NCBI GenBank assembly: GCA_944415565.1
Contig: CALYBQ010000005.1
Coordinates: 106,061 to 170,060, forward strand
DNA length: 64,000 bases
Origin: an uncultured Rikenellaceae bacterium
Lineage (GTDB): Bacteria > Bacteroidota > Bacteroidia > Bacteroidales > Rikenellaceae
Direction: 5' to 3'
Shown: positions 39,278 through 50,195 of the stretch, one piece after another
Layout of the letters: each line of letters starts with the position of its first letter
How positions within the stretch are numbered: the stretch's first letter is position 1
Translations under genes and position numbers: made by a program
Notes under the pieces: model-generated
The model's database searches: none
Told to the model about the DNA's origin: nothing
Seen by the model: only the letters and a program-made list of their open reading frames with translations

Positions 39278-40999
39278 CTATACCGGCAAATGTATTATGA
39301 ACTCCAAGCCTCCGCCGTCACGATTACGGGCGGCAATGTCGCCGCCATGTATGAGCACCGCATTCTTGACTATGGAAAGTCCCAACCCGGAACCGCCATT
39401 CTCCCGCGTGCGCCCCTCGTCAATGCGATAGAACCGCTCGAAGATACGCGACAGCCCCTTCTCGTCGGCTATGCCCCGGCCCGTATCGGCAAACGACACG
39501 GCGACAGTTTTCCCTCCGTCGGCAATCTTCCCGACCACCACATCTATATCGCGTCCAGCATGTTTTACGGCGTTGTCGACGAGGTTTCGGAAGATGGAAT
39601 AGAGCAGGCTTTCATTACCCGACACCGTAGTCCCCACAGGCAGGTCGTTGCGGAAAGTTACGCCATTGGCCGCAATATCGTCCTTCAGATCGGTCCGGAC
39701 CTTTTCAACAACATCATGCAAGTCCACACTCTTGAAATCGAACTTATCAGGCGTCTCCTCTATCTTCGTCAGAAGCCCCATATCGCGTATCAACTCCGAA
39801 AGCACCAATGTCTGATTATAGGCCTTCTCGGTAAACTTTCGCTGCTGCTCGGCATTGAGCGGCGTTTCGAGCACGGTTTCGAGGTAGCCGCGTATGCTGG
39901 TTACCGGAGTGCGTAACTCGTGCGCGATGTTGCCCGTCATCTCCCTTTTCAACCGGCGCGTTTTCTCCTGCTCCGAGACGTCATTGAGCACTATCTCGAA
40001 ACTATTGTCGTCGAAACGGTTCAAACGCAGCAAGAACTCGCGGTCGCGTTCACGAATCGTATACTCATAATAGTTATCGCCCGCCCCGCCCGCGATGAAG
40101 TCCTTTACCGGCGCAAACGCGTCCACCGAAAGGATATTGTTCAAATCCGGATCTGGGCTTATGGCATTAAGATATTGCAGGAACAGCCCATTATAAAAGG
40201 CGACCTTCCCGTCATGGGCAAAGAAGCATATGCCTTCGGCCGAGATGTATATGTGCTGGAGAAGCTTCTCTCTCTCGCGCGCAAACTTCGATTCGCTATC
40301 CTTCAGACGCTTATAGTTCCCGGCTATGCTTTTGCCTATCTCGCCCAATTCGTCATTAGGGAACAGCGGAACGGCGATATTCTCGCCACCCTCTAACTCC
40401 AACGCTGCCGAAAAATCGCGCAGTTTCTGTATGGAATTCCCGAAACGGCCGCCCACATAACGTATCAGCAGCAACCCTATAACAAACAGGACGACTATGA
40501 AATAGAGGAACGCATTGTCAGGCTTCAGAAAGTGCTGTACCTGTATGTCATACGGCAATGCCGCACGCATCACGGCGTTGCCGTAATATTTCGCGTAATA
40601 CAGATACGGCTGGCTGTTGGACGCCGACTCCCTTATATCATACCCTTGGCCGGCCGATGCGGCAGCCGCTATCTCCGGACGGCCCGAATGATTCTCCAAC
40701 TGCCCCGGGTCGGGGAAAAGATTATCGTACAATACCTTTCCATCGGCCGCAATATACGTCAACCGCAGATTGGCTGGCAATATCGCCAGCAGGCTGTCCA
40801 TCTCCGTACCCGTAACCGCCGCACCTCTTTCCGAAATATAGGCATAAACTATGTCGCAATACGCATCGAGCCTCTCTTCGAGAGCCTCTGTCTTGTATCT
40901 GCGTGCCCCGTACTGTTCGAAAACGATTACCCCAGCCGTGAACAGCGTAAATATAAGTATGAAGCTCAGCGTGAGCTTCTGTTTGTATGTGATTTTCAT
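39278..40999 (-). CDS. phoR: sensor histidine kinase (PhoR-like)
   Basis: Two TM segments, then a HisKA motif (HELRTPVTSIRGY) and an HATPase_c domain. Overlaps the response-regulator gene by 4 nt at the end of the pst-phoU cluster. Confidence 0.7.
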   Translation of the reverse strand: MKITYKQKLTLSFILIFTLFTAGVIVFEQYGARRYKTEALEERLDAYCDIVYAYISERGAAVTGTEMDSLLAILPANLRLTYIAADGKVLYDNLFPDPGQLENHSGRPEIAAAASAGQGYDIRESASNSQPYLYYAKYYGNAVMRAALPYDIQVQHFLKPDNAFLYFIVVLFVIGLLLIRYVGGRFGNSIQKLRDFSAALELEGGENIAVPLFPNDELGEIGKSIAGNYKRLKDSESKFAREREKLLQHIYISAEGICFFAHDGKVAFYNGLFLQYLNAISPDPDLNNILSVDAFAPVKDFIAGGAGDNYYEYTIRERDREFLLRLNRFDDNSFEIVLNDVSEQEKTRRLKREMTGNIAHELRTPVTSIRGYLETVLETPLNAEQQRKFTEKAYNQTLVLSELIRDMGLLTKIEETPDKFDFKSVDLHDVVEKVRTDLKDDIAANGVTFRNDLPVGTTVSGNESLLYSIFRNLVDNAVKHAGRDIDVVVGKIADGGKTVAVSFADTGRGIADEKGLSRIFERFYRIDEGRTRENGGSGLGLSIVKNAVLIHGGDIAARNRDGGGLEFIIHLPV

Positions 41000-41679
41000 T
41001 CCTCTCTATGGTTAAATCTGTAGCCGTACCCCGGACGGCTCGTTATATACGACGACCTGTCGCCCAACTTCTTCCTCAACCGCGTTATATGCACATCGAC
41101 CGTCCGCTCGGTAACGTATGGATTGTCCTTCCACAGGCGCTCGATTATATCGTCACGCGAAAACACCCTCGACGGATTAGTAGCCAGCAACACCAGTATC
41201 TCGAACTCGGTCCTCGTCAAAGGGACCGACTGACCGTCCACCACGACCTCTTTCGTGTCGAGGTCTATGCTCATACCGTCGAAATCGAGCAAATCCTTCG
41301 CTTCGGACCGTTGCGACGAAGAACGTTTGAGCACCGCCTTGACACGCGCCAAAACCTCCTTGATCGAGAACGGCTTGGATATATAATCGTCGCCGCCGAC
41401 CGAAAATCCCGTGAGCATATCATTCTCGGTATCTTTGGCCGTCAGGAAGATCACAGGAATACGGTTGCCATCCTTACGCAGTTTCTCGGCCATCTTATAG
41501 CCCGACATCCCGCCCATCATCACATCGAGCAATATCAACTCGTGGGCGGAAGACAGTATCTCCAACGCTTCCTCGGCCGAATTGGCCGTATCGACGGCAT
41601 AACCCTCGTTGACAAGGTTGAATTCGAGTATCTCGCATATGTCGCGCTCGTCGTCCACTATAAGTATTCTCCGTTCCAT
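40996..41679 (-). CDS. phoB: OmpR-family response regulator (PhoB-like)
   Basis: REC domain (ILIVDDERDICE...D...) plus a winged-helix C-terminus, 227 aa. Positioned between phoU and the kinase. Confidence 0.75.
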   Translation of the reverse strand: MERRILIVDDERDICEILEFNLVNEGYAVDTANSAEEALEILSSAHELILLDVMMGGMSGYKMAEKLRKDGNRIPVIFLTAKDTENDMLTGFSVGGDDYISKPFSIKEVLARVKAVLKRSSSQRSEAKDLLDFDGMSIDLDTKEVVVDGQSVPLTRTEFEILVLLATNPSRVFSRDDIIERLWKDNPYVTERTVDVHITRLRKKLGDRSSYITSRPGYGYRFNHREE

Positions 41680-41713
41680 TGCAAACAGGTATTGGTCGTT
41701 AAGGCAAAGATAA

Positions 41714-42391
41714 CTATTTCCCCTTATTGTGTTTCAGTATTTTGGCGTCGATATAAAATACTATCTCTTCGACTATATTGCTGCAATGGTCTCCTATGCG
41801 CTCTATCTTGCGGACAACCAACAGCGTCTCCAACGCACAGCGTGCATGCTCCGGCTGCACGGCCACATACTTTGCGAGCACGTCCAGCGCACCGCGATAA
41901 AGAGCATCAACCTGCTCGTCCTGCTGCATGATCTTGCCTGCAAGCTTGGTATTTTCCGATTCGAACGCCACGAAACTGTCGGACAGCATAGATATGGCCA
42001 TGTCGAACATATTGCTTATCGACAGTTTATCTTTCAACTCCTGCGTTATTCCGCGGCAACCGTCCATGACCACATGGCGCGCGATGCTTTCGGCGAAATC
42101 GCCTATGCGCTCCAGCGTACCCCCTATCTTTATCATAGATAGTACGAGACGCAAATCGACGGCCACGGGGCTGAACAGCGCTATGTAATTCTCGCAATCG
42201 CTCTCTATCTTGAGCTCGAAGGTGTCCACGCGTTTCTCGCGGCTTATGACCTCGCGGGCAAGCTCTTCGTCGTTATCGAGATAGGCCTGCTTGGCTTTCT
42301 CCAACTGCGACAGTACGAGCTGCCACATCTGAGTCACCTCCTCGCGCAATGCCACCAACTCTTTTTCCGTATGTTTCAACTGTTTTTCCAT
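41714..42391 (-). CDS. phoU: phosphate signalling complex protein PhoU
   Basis: 225 aa with two PhoU repeats. Adjacent to pstB. Confidence 0.85.
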   Translation of the reverse strand: MEKQLKHTEKELVALREEVTQMWQLVLSQLEKAKQAYLDNDEELAREVISREKRVDTFELKIESDCENYIALFSPVAVDLRLVLSMIKIGGTLERIGDFAESIARHVVMDGCRGITQELKDKLSISNMFDMAISMLSDSFVAFESENTKLAGKIMQQDEQVDALYRGALDVLAKYVAVQPEHARCALETLLVVRKIERIGDHCSNIVEEIVFYIDAKILKHNKGK

Positions 42392-42450
42392 TTAATTCTC
42401 GTTTAAAGTTCTCTGCATCTCATCTAACTCCGGCCGAACCGGTCCGAAGA

Positions 42451-43197
42451 CTATCCGAACCGACCGGTTATATAGTTCTGCGTCTGCTGTTTCTCCGGAT
42501 TGAGGAACATCTTCTTAGTGTCGCTGTATTCCACCAGTTCGCCGAGCATGAAGAAACCCGTTTTGTCGCTGATACGTGCGGCCTGCTGCATGTTGTGCGT
42601 CACGATGACTATCGTGTAGTCCCTCTTCAACTCGTGGATAAGCTCCTCGACCTTGGATGTCGATATGGGGTCGAGTGCCGAGGCGGGCTCGTCCATCAAC
42701 AGGACCGAAGGCGATATGGCGAGGGCTCGGGCTATGCAAAGTCTCTGCTGCTGACCACCGGAGAGTTCGAAAGCCGACTTTTTCAACTTATCCTTCACCT
42801 CGTCCCACAGCGCCGCACCCACGAGCGACTCCTCTACACGCTGCTTTATGAAATTACGGTCCTTCACCCCGTTTACGCGCAGACCGTAGGCCACGTTCTC
42901 GAATATGGACTTAGGGAACGGATTCGGTTTCTGGAACACCATCCCCACCTTCTTACGCAACTCGTCCACCTGCACCGACTTGCCATAAATATCCTGCCCG
43001 TCGATCAGGCACTCGCCGGTAAGTTTCGCACCCGGGATCAGGTCGTTCATACGATTGAAAAGCCTCAGGAACGTCGATTTTCCGCAACCCGACGGCCCGA
43101 TCAGCGCCGTCACCGTATTGGCCTCCATTTTCATGCTTATATTCTTCAGTGCATGAAAATCGCCGTAATAAAAATCTATATTTTTCGTCTCTATCAT
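42451..43197 (-). CDS. pstB: phosphate ABC transporter ATP-binding protein
   Basis: Walker [13 protein letters not shown] signature LSGGQQQRL, 248 aa. Confidence 0.9.
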   Translation of the reverse strand: MIETKNIDFYYGDFHALKNISMKMEANTVTALIGPSGCGKSTFLRLFNRMNDLIPGAKLTGECLIDGQDIYGKSVQVDELRKKVGMVFQKPNPFPKSIFENVAYGLRVNGVKDRNFIKQRVEESLVGAALWDEVKDKLKKSAFELSGGQQQRLCIARALAISPSVLLMDEPASALDPISTSKVEELIHELKRDYTIVIVTHNMQQAARISDKTGFFMLGELVEYSDTKKMFLNPEKQQTQNYITGRFG

Positions 43198-43199
43198 AA

Positions 43200-44054
43200 T
43201 CAGTTAACTTTATTCTTTCCTCCGAAATACCGCCTCATCATAGAGGCCAGCAGATTCATGACCAATACTATCGCGATGAGGACCAACGCCGTACCGTAGG
43301 CTATCGGCCGCGTGGCTTCGAGATCCGTACCGCTGGTGGCTATGACATACAGGTGATACGGCAGAGCCATCACCTGATCGTATATACTTGCCGGAAGCTT
43401 CGGAAGGAAGTAGGCCGCCACCGTGAAAAGTATCGGCGCCGTCTCGCCCGACACGCGTCCGATGGAGAGTATCAATCCCGTGGTTATATTCGGGAACGCG
43501 GTCGGAAGCACGACCCGCGTTATGGTCTGTAACTTAGTCGCCCCGAGAGCGAGACTACCGGTACGGTACGAATCCGGAACGGCTTTCAGCGCCTCCTCGG
43601 TCGTGCGTATGACGAGCGGGAGCACCAACAGCCCGAGCGTGAACGAACCCGCAATTATCGAATCACCGAAACCGAGCGTATTGACGAACAGCGACATACC
43701 GAATAAACCGAATATGATCGACGGAATGCTGCTCATATTATTGGTCATCACGCGGATGAACCGCACAATTTTACCGTTGCCGGCGTATTCGGTAGTATAT
43801 ATGGCCGACATGACACCTACCGGGAAGGCGATTACCATACTGCCGATTATCAGACAGAACGTACCCACTATCGCAGGGAATATACCTCCGCCCGTCATGC
43901 CGTCGGTCGGGGCGGTCGTCAGGAAATCCCAACTTATGACGCCAACGCCGTGCCATACGATGAATCCGAGTATCCAGAACAGGATAGCCACCACCAGCAA
44001 TCCGAGTATGCGGAATGTCCAGAACGCTATCGACTGGTTTGTCTTCTTACCCAT
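43200..44054 (-). CDS. pstA: phosphate ABC transporter permease PstA
   Basis: 284 aa permease immediately upstream of pstB. Confidence 0.85.
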   Translation of the reverse strand: MGKKTNQSIAFWTFRILGLLVVAILFWILGFIVWHGVGVISWDFLTTAPTDGMTGGGIFPAIVGTFCLIIGSMVIAFPVGVMSAIYTTEYAGNGKIVRFIRVMTNNMSSIPSIIFGLFGMSLFVNTLGFGDSIIAGSFTLGLLVLPLVIRTTEEALKAVPDSYRTGSLALGATKLQTITRVVLPTAFPNITTGLILSIGRVSGETAPILFTVAAYFLPKLPASIYDQVMALPYHLYVIATSGTDLEATRPIAYGTALVLIAIVLVMNLLASMMRRYFGGKNKVN

Positions 44055-44055
44055 A

Positions 44056-45264
44056 TCAAAGTCCCCTGTTTGGTTGCCGTTTCGAGATAGCTTCGGCAGT
44101 TACACTTATTATCATCGTTATCACGAACAATATACATCCCAGCAGGAAAAGCGCCTGATAGTGTGCCCCTCCCGCAGGAGCCTCGCCCAACTCGGCCGCG
44201 ATGGTGGCAGGTATCGTCCTGACCGGCTCGAACAATGAATGGGGCATCACCGCCGCGTTGCCTGTAACCATCAGCACGGCCATTGTCTCGCCGATTGCAC
44301 GTCCTATACCCAAAACCACGGCCGCGGATATTCCCGACGCAGCATAAGGTACTATGACCTTATAGATAGTCTGCCAGTTCGAAGCACCCAGCGCGAGGCT
44401 GGCTTCGCGCATAGCCCGCGGGGTGTTTCGCATCGCATCTTCCGCTACCGTAATGATTGTCGGCAGAGCCATAATGGCCAAAATAACGCTGCCGGCCAAC
44501 GCCGTCTCACCGACAGGCAGGCCGAAAACCTTCTGTATCAACGGCACGAGAACCACGAGTCCGAAAAAGCCGTAAACGACCGAAGGAATCCCCGCCAACA
44601 GTTCGATTGTCGGTTTGAGTATCTTACGCATGCGCTCGCCGGCAAGTTCCGAAAGATATATAGCCACCCCGAGTCCCAAAGGGAGTGCGATGATGATGGC
44701 GAACAGGCTGACCCACAGCGTCCCCATTATTAGCGGGAGCACACCGAACTGCGGTGCGGGCGTAGCGGTCGGTATCCATTCGCGGCCGCCGAGGAAATCG
44801 GACAGCGTTATGTCGTCGCTACGCAGGACCTTGATACCCGGCACGTTCTCCGGCATATACTGCTTAGGGATAAACGCGATGATACCGGGCGTGGAAGATA
44901 TGACCTCGCCGAGCTTCTCCGGCAGCAGTTCGTAATCCGCACCGAGCTCCTCGTCGCTATAACGGGAGAATATCTCCTCGAACCTGAACACCACGATCTG
45001 CTGGTCGCGCCCGCCGACATCCTTCCAGTTCTCTATCTCCCAGTCGAATATCTCCTTTATCTGTTTGGGGCCCAGATGCGTCACCGTATTCCCGGCGTCC
45101 ACACAAAGCACATACCCCTTCTCGACCGCCGGACTCCGAAACAGCCCCGCGCCCTCGCGGAAAAGGAATACGACGATGAGCAGGATAACGATAGTCGTCA
45201 CGGCCCCGCTAACCGTCAGTATGCCCTCTATGAGCTTCTCTATTATTCGTTTTAATCGTTTCAT
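44056..45264 (-). CDS. pstC: phosphate ABC transporter permease PstC
   Basis: 402 aa permease. Confidence 0.85.
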   Translation of the reverse strand: MKRLKRIIEKLIEGILTVSGAVTTIVILLIVVFLFREGAGLFRSPAVEKGYVLCVDAGNTVTHLGPKQIKEIFDWEIENWKDVGGRDQQIVVFRFEEIFSRYSDEELGADYELLPEKLGEVISSTPGIIAFIPKQYMPENVPGIKVLRSDDITLSDFLGGREWIPTATPAPQFGVLPLIMGTLWVSLFAIIIALPLGLGVAIYLSELAGERMRKILKPTIELLAGIPSVVYGFFGLVVLVPLIQKVFGLPVGETALAGSVILAIMALPTIITVAEDAMRNTPRAMREASLALGASNWQTIYKVIVPYAASGISAAVVLGIGRAIGETMAVLMVTGNAAVMPHSLFEPVRTIPATIAAELGEAPAGGAHYQALFLLGCILFVITMIISVTAEAISKRQPNRGL

Positions 45265-45324
45265 GTCCTATTCAAAAAGGGCGGCAGGCCACAAACCCCG
45301 CCACCCTTTCAAAAAAGTAAATGA

Positions 45325-46140
45325 TTATTTAACTGTGATGAATCCTATTTCGCTAACTATCTGCTGTCCGGCAGGAGAGAGTACGTAATCTACGAACGGT
45401 TTCACGCTGCTCTCCGATTTCGCCTCGTAGTAGTAATAGAGCGGACGGACGATAGGATAGGTCTCGTTCTTGGCGTTCGCGACAGAAGGCTCGGTAAACG
45501 TCTTGCCGTTATCGTACGATACGTGTATGGCTTTCACCGTCTTGTTCAGGTATGCAAGCCCCACGTAACCGATACCGCCCTTGGTCTGGCTGATAGACTG
45601 TATGATAGCTCCCGTAGCCGGCATGCTCATGATACCGTTCATGTAGTTCTTGTTCTTGAGTACGCTCTCTTTGAAGAACTCGTATGTTCCCGAAGAGGTT
45701 TCGCGCGAATAAGGCACGATCTTCATATCTTCACCGCCAACCTCTTTCCAGTTGGTGATCTTACCGGTAAAAATGCCTTCGAGCTGTTCGCGGGTAAGGT
45801 TGGTCACCTTATTGCCCGGGTTAACGACTATTGCAAGCGCATCGTAGGCGACTATCACTTCCTTGACGCTCTTACCGCCGGCCTGAAGTTTCTGTTTTTC
45901 GTCGAATTTGATGCGGCGCGATGCCTGTGCTATATCGGTAGTGCCTTCGAGAAGTGCCGAGAAACCTACGCCCGACCCACCTCCGGTAACGGTGATCGTC
46001 GCCGACGGATTTGCCTTCATATAGCTCTCAGCCTCTTTCTGCGACAACGGAAGAACTGTGTCAGAACCTTTGATTTTTTGTGCCGATGCGGCCGTGATAC
46101 CCATTACTACCACCATTGCCGTCAAAATAACTTTTTTCAT
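45325..46140 (-). CDS. pstS: phosphate-binding protein PstS
   Basis: Signal peptide and a periplasmic binding protein fold. 271 aa. Confidence 0.85.
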   Translation of the reverse strand: MKKVILTAMVVVMGITAASAQKIKGSDTVLPLSQKEAESYMKANPSATITVTGGGSGVGFSALLEGTTDIAQASRRIKFDEKQKLQAGGKSVKEVIVAYDALAIVVNPGNKVTNLTREQLEGIFTGKITNWKEVGGEDMKIVPYSRETSSGTYEFFKESVLKNKNYMNGIMSMPATGAIIQSISQTKGGIGYVGLAYLNKTVKAIHVSYDNGKTFTEPSVANAKNETYPIVRPLYYYYEAKSESSVKPFVDYVLSPAGQQIVSEIGFITVK

Positions 46141-46207
46141 CTTTTTTATCCTCTTTAAACTTACGTTGCAAATTTGGTTATGTGTTATTACACCCTATTC
46201 AAGAAAG

Positions 46208-46225
46208 TGTTACGATCCTGTTAAT
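46208..46225 (-). promoter_or_regulatory. candidate Pho box (7-4-7 direct repeat) upstream of pstS
   Basis: GTGTTACG-ATCC-TGTTAAT: the GTTAC/GTTAA half-sites are in 11-bp phase. It lies about 70 nt upstream of the pstS start. Confidence 0.35.
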
Positions 46226-46241
46226 ATTTGGTGCATTCCGC

Positions 46242-47516
46242 TTAGAACTTATACTGCATACGGAGCGTGAAGACATTGTCCTTGCGGTCTTTGTCGAAAC
46301 CTTCGAGATTGGCCGACTTTTCATTGCTGTTCACTTCGTAGTAAGCGGTGAGTTTGAGGCTGGAGGTCATGTTCCATATCGCTCCGAAACCGATTGTGTT
46401 GACCGCTATATCGGCGTCGCCGGTTCCCGAATCGACCTTGCCGATCTGGTCCTTCTTTACCTTCGTATTCGGGTCGTACCAATCGTATTTGGCTACCACC
46501 GACACCGGCAGTTTTCCGAGGTCCTGTACGAGCATCGCGTAACCGCCATTGAATTTCCTTACATAGGTAGGCGATTCCGGACGTTTATCCGAGTTAGGGC
46601 TCTTCGTACTCGCCTGAGTACCGGGCTGCTGTCCGAAGAGATATTCGGCCGTAAGTTTGGTCATACCTGCCGCAGTGGAGATACCCAACTGTGCATCCAC
46701 GCCCATATATTCGCGTTTGGCATATTTGCCGAGATTCGATTCGCTGTCGTCGAGGACGAAAACGTCGCCGTCCATCTTGTATACCTGCTGCGTTCCCTGA
46801 TAAACCTTTCCGTAGTAATACGATACTCCGGCTCCCAAGGTCACGACTTCGCCGAGAGGTTTATTGAACGAAAGGTGTCCGATGAAATCTTTCTTGTTGT
46901 CCGTCTCAGGCTTAACGCCGTTACCGGCGAAGAGTCCCGCTTCGAGTTTCAACGCGCTCCAAGCCGAGCTGCCCGGAGCCTGAAGAACAAGCATACCGCC
47001 GAGGTCGCGCTCGTCCGGGAAAAGCGTCTGGAAGACGGTCGAACGTTCGGGTGATTCGCGGCGCGAAGAAGAATAGCTGATCTCATAACCGAAAGGACGG
47101 TCGAAGATACCGGCACGCAGCGCCATAGATTTGATCCACGGGTCTTTAACGTTAATGTAAGCGTCCTTGAATTTCACTCCGTTCTCCGTTATATCTAACT
47201 GGAATACACCGGAAGCTATTCCCTCTTCGTAAACGAACTTGATTCGGCCGCGCCGAATACCCATCCTGTTGAAACCCTTGTCGTCGTTCTCGTTACTCTT
47301 GTTACCGACCTTCAGCGAGGCATCTTCCTGCCCGTACTGATACTGGCCCTGAATATATCCTGATATTTTCAGCTTTTTAAGTTTCTGAACGTCTTTTTCG
47401 AGGGACGAAACCCTATCCTCGACATTCCCGGCGTCGGATTTGGACGCCTCCTGTGCAGTTGCGGTCAACGCAGCGAGCGCTGCCCATAAACATAGTAGTT
47501 GTTTTTTCATCGTCAT
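46242..47516 (-). CDS. phosphate-selective porin (OprO/OprP family)
   Basis: Signal peptide and a coiled N-terminal segment, then a beta-barrel with a C-terminal F (...RMQYKF). First gene of the pst cluster. Confidence 0.7.
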   Translation of the reverse strand: MTMKKQLLCLWAALAALTATAQEASKSDAGNVEDRVSSLEKDVQKLKKLKISGYIQGQYQYGQEDASLKVGNKSNENDDKGFNRMGIRRGRIKFVYEEGIASGVFQLDITENGVKFKDAYINVKDPWIKSMALRAGIFDRPFGYEISYSSSRRESPERSTVFQTLFPDERDLGGMLVLQAPGSSAWSALKLEAGLFAGNGVKPETDNKKDFIGHLSFNKPLGEVVTLGAGVSYYYGKVYQGTQQVYKMDGDVFVLDDSESNLGKYAKREYMGVDAQLGISTAAGMTKLTAEYLFGQQPGTQASTKSPNSDKRPESPTYVRKFNGGYAMLVQDLGKLPVSVVAKYDWYDPNTKVKKDQIGKVDSGTGDADIAVNTIGFGAIWNMTSSLKLTAYYEVNSNEKSANLEGFDKDRKDNVFTLRMQYKF

Positions 47517-47579
47517 AGTTTTTTATCCATTTTGTCGATGCAAAACTATGTAGACGTATTTACCTTACATTTAAGGGCT

Positions 47580-47597
47580 TGTTACAAATAGGTTACG
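47580..47597 (-). promoter_or_regulatory. candidate Pho box upstream of the porin gene
   Basis: TGTTACA-AATA-GGTTACG: two GTTAC half-sites exactly 11 bp apart, about 65-80 nt upstream of the porin start. Confidence 0.4.
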
Positions 47598-48055
47598 TTT
47601 TTTCGGAATGCCGTTGCAGCGATTTTTATCCACAATACGACTATTGGCCACGCCCCATTTGGAGGCATCGGGAATGTATAGCGTAGACTACATGATGCCG
47701 CACAACTTTCGCCTGTCCTTAGATCATGCCCCCTCCACCGCTCAGCAATCGCAGTTCAACTTATACGGTCTGCACCATAGCAGATTAGTTCACAGCTCGT
47801 TTTCACTCCTCTGCATAGCAAAGCTTTAGTCCTCCGAGAACAAAATCCGGATTCGCACGATCTTGTGAACACAGCTTTTATATCATAAGCATCAACGAAT
47901 CACCACGAACTACAACAGCATCAGCCCATTACGACACATAATCCCTCAAGCCATAATGAGTGTACATATGCTCGTAACAGATCCTTAACACATCGTTTAC
48001 ACCCTTGTAATCCATGTAACATACTTTCGTGCCCGAAAAATCAAGTATTATTACG

Positions 48056-49372
48056 ATGGATTCTGCTACACGAAACCGGAAAAAATCCGATTTACTTTTC
48101 ATCCTTTGGGCAGGAGGCGCCGCATTGCTATCCTACGCTTTGGTTTATGCACTGCGAAAACCTTTCACCGCGGCGACCTTCGACGGACTCGAAGTGTTGG
48201 GCATGGACTACAAGACGGCAACCAGCATCGTCCAGATCGCCGGCTATATGATCGCAAAATTGCTCGGCATCAAATTCATCTCCGAACTCAAACGCGAGAA
48301 CCGGCTGCGCTTCATTATAGGTTCCGTCGCCCTTGCAGAGTGTTCCCTGTTCCTATTTGCCGTGTTGCCCGTACCGTTCAACATCCTCGCTCTCTTTTTC
48401 AACGGCCTGTCGTTGGGCTGCATGTGGGGCGTTATCTTCAGTTTCCTCGAAGGACGAAGGTTAAGCGGAGTACTGGCCAGCATCATGGGCCTTAGCATCG
48501 CCTTCAGCTCTGGACTGGCAAAATCACTCGGGATGTTCCTTGTGCACGATCTTGGTATCGGCGAATTTTGGATGCCGGCGACCATAGGTGCCGGAGCCTT
48601 CCCCCTCCTCATCCTCCTGGGCTTCGTGCTGAACCGGCTTCCAGACCCATCCCCTGAGGATATCGCATCGTGTACCGAACGGATTCCCATGGATGCCCGG
48701 CGACGTAAGAATATCTTTTTGCGTTTCGCGCCGCTACTCTGCATGCTGTTCCTCGCCAATCTCTTCATCACGGTAATGCAGGATATAAAAGAGGACTTTC
48801 TCGTGAAACTCGTCGACACCTCGCAACTCTCCTCGTGGGCATTCAGCGGCATCGACGGCGTCGTCACACTGATTATACTGGGCGTATTCTTGCTCATCTC
48901 CCTAATCCGCAACCACCGCACCGTGCTCGTCACACTGTTGATGCTCGTGACGGCCGGCATGACAGGGCTCGCGGGAGTAGCCTATTGGTACGACAGCTTG
49001 CAATTGTCGCCCGTACTTTGGCTTTTCATCCAAAGTCTCGGCCTCTATACGGCTTACCTGAGCTTTCAGACACTCTTTTTCGAACGATTCGTATCATGCT
49101 TCAACATTCACGGCAATGTGGGATTTTTCATAATAACCATCGACTTCGTCGGATACCTCGGCACCGTATGCGTACTCATTTTCAAAGAGGCTTTCGTATC
49201 GGAGCTCAACTGGATCGAATTTTACAATACTATGGTTACGGCACTCGGCGCAGCATGTTGCCTGCTTTTCATAGGCAGCATTGGCTGGCTGGCCCGCAGA
49301 GAGGAACGCAAAGCCCGTCGTGTCTCTTACCAAAGGCCGCAAACCGCACTCTCAACAGCAAGTAATTTATAA
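48056..49372 (+). CDS. polytopic membrane protein, putative 2-aminoethylphosphonate transporter (DUF5690-like)
   Basis: About 12 TM segments. It is the first gene of a phnX-phnW locus. The first ATG is at 48056; the ORF-track start at 48029 is a GTG. Confidence 0.5.
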   Translation: MDSATRNRKKSDLLFILWAGGAALLSYALVYALRKPFTAATFDGLEVLGMDYKTATSIVQIAGYMIAKLLGIKFISELKRENRLRFIIGSVALAECSLFLFAVLPVPFNILALFFNGLSLGCMWGVIFSFLEGRRLSGVLASIMGLSIAFSSGLAKSLGMFLVHDLGIGEFWMPATIGAGAFPLLILLGFVLNRLPDPSPEDIASCTERIPMDARRRKNIFLRFAPLLCMLFLANLFITVMQDIKEDFLVKLVDTSQLSSWAFSGIDGVVTLIILGVFLLISLIRNHRTVLVTLLMLVTAGMTGLAGVAYWYDSLQLSPVLWLFIQSLGLYTAYLSFQTLFFERFVSCFNIHGNVGFFIITIDFVGYLGTVCVLIFKEAFVSELNWIEFYNTMVTALGAACCLLFIGSIGWLARREERKARRVSYQRPQTALSTASNL

Positions 49373-49387
49373 ACACATACGACAGAC

Positions 49388-50182
49388 ATGAAACAGATAC
49401 AATGCGTCATTATGGACTGGGCCGGAACCGCCGTAGATTACGGTTGCTTCGCTCCCCTGAACGCTTTTCTGAAAGTATTTTCGGAAGAGAAAGGAATCGA
49501 AATCACCCTCAGGCAGGCCCGCGAGCCTATGGGAATGCTCAAAATCGACCACATCCGTGCCATTCTATCCATGACGGATGTCCGGGAGAAATTCACGACT
49601 CGTTACGGCCGCGATTGGAACGAGGCTGATGTCGAGGAGATGTACCGGAGTTTCGAGAAACACCTTTTCGCATCTCTGACCGAGTTCACCAATCCGATTC
49701 CCGGAGTAATCGAAACGCTCGAAACTCTCCGCCGGCAAGGTGTCCGTATCGGCTCAACGACCGGCTATACGACACAAATGATGGAAGTCGTCCGCCCGGG
49801 AGCTGCACAAAAAGGATATGTCACTGATTTTCTCGCCACACCCGACGGCCTTCCGGCTGGACGTCCGGCCCCTTACATGATCTTCCGCAATCTGACCGAG
49901 TTGGCCGTCCCCTCTGTGCAGGAGTCAGTCAAGGTCGGCGATACGCTATCCGACATCAGAGAAGGTGTAAACGCCGGAGTATGGAGCGTCGGTATCATTA
50001 CGGGCAGCAATGAAATGGGTGTGACCGAGGCGGAATACGCCACGATTCCTGCCGAAGAGTTGACCCGCATGAAAAATGAGGTACGGCAGCGTATGCTCGG
50101 CGCCGGCGCCCACCACGTATTGGACAATATCACAGAACTTCCGGCATATATCGAAACACTGAACGAACGACTGAACAAATAA
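49388..50182 (+). CDS. phnX: phosphonoacetaldehyde hydrolase (phosphonatase, HAD family)
   Basis: IMDWAGTAVD HAD motif I, with the phosphonatase-specific pattern. 264 aa. Confidence 0.85.
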   Translation: MKQIQCVIMDWAGTAVDYGCFAPLNAFLKVFSEEKGIEITLRQAREPMGMLKIDHIRAILSMTDVREKFTTRYGRDWNEADVEEMYRSFEKHLFASLTEFTNPIPGVIETLETLRRQGVRIGSTTGYTTQMMEVVRPGAAQKGYVTDFLATPDGLPAGRPAPYMIFRNLTELAVPSVQESVKVGDTLSDIREGVNAGVWSVGIITGSNEMGVTEAEYATIPAEELTRMKNEVRQRMLGAGAHHVLDNITELPAYIETLNERLNK

Positions 50183-50195
50183 ACGAATACAAGCG

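Noticed and set aside
47608-47829. 73-aa ORF in the porin/AEP-transporter intergenic region
   Set aside because: Lies in the divergent promoter region that contains the Pho-box-like repeats. No conserved-looking features. Most likely non-coding.
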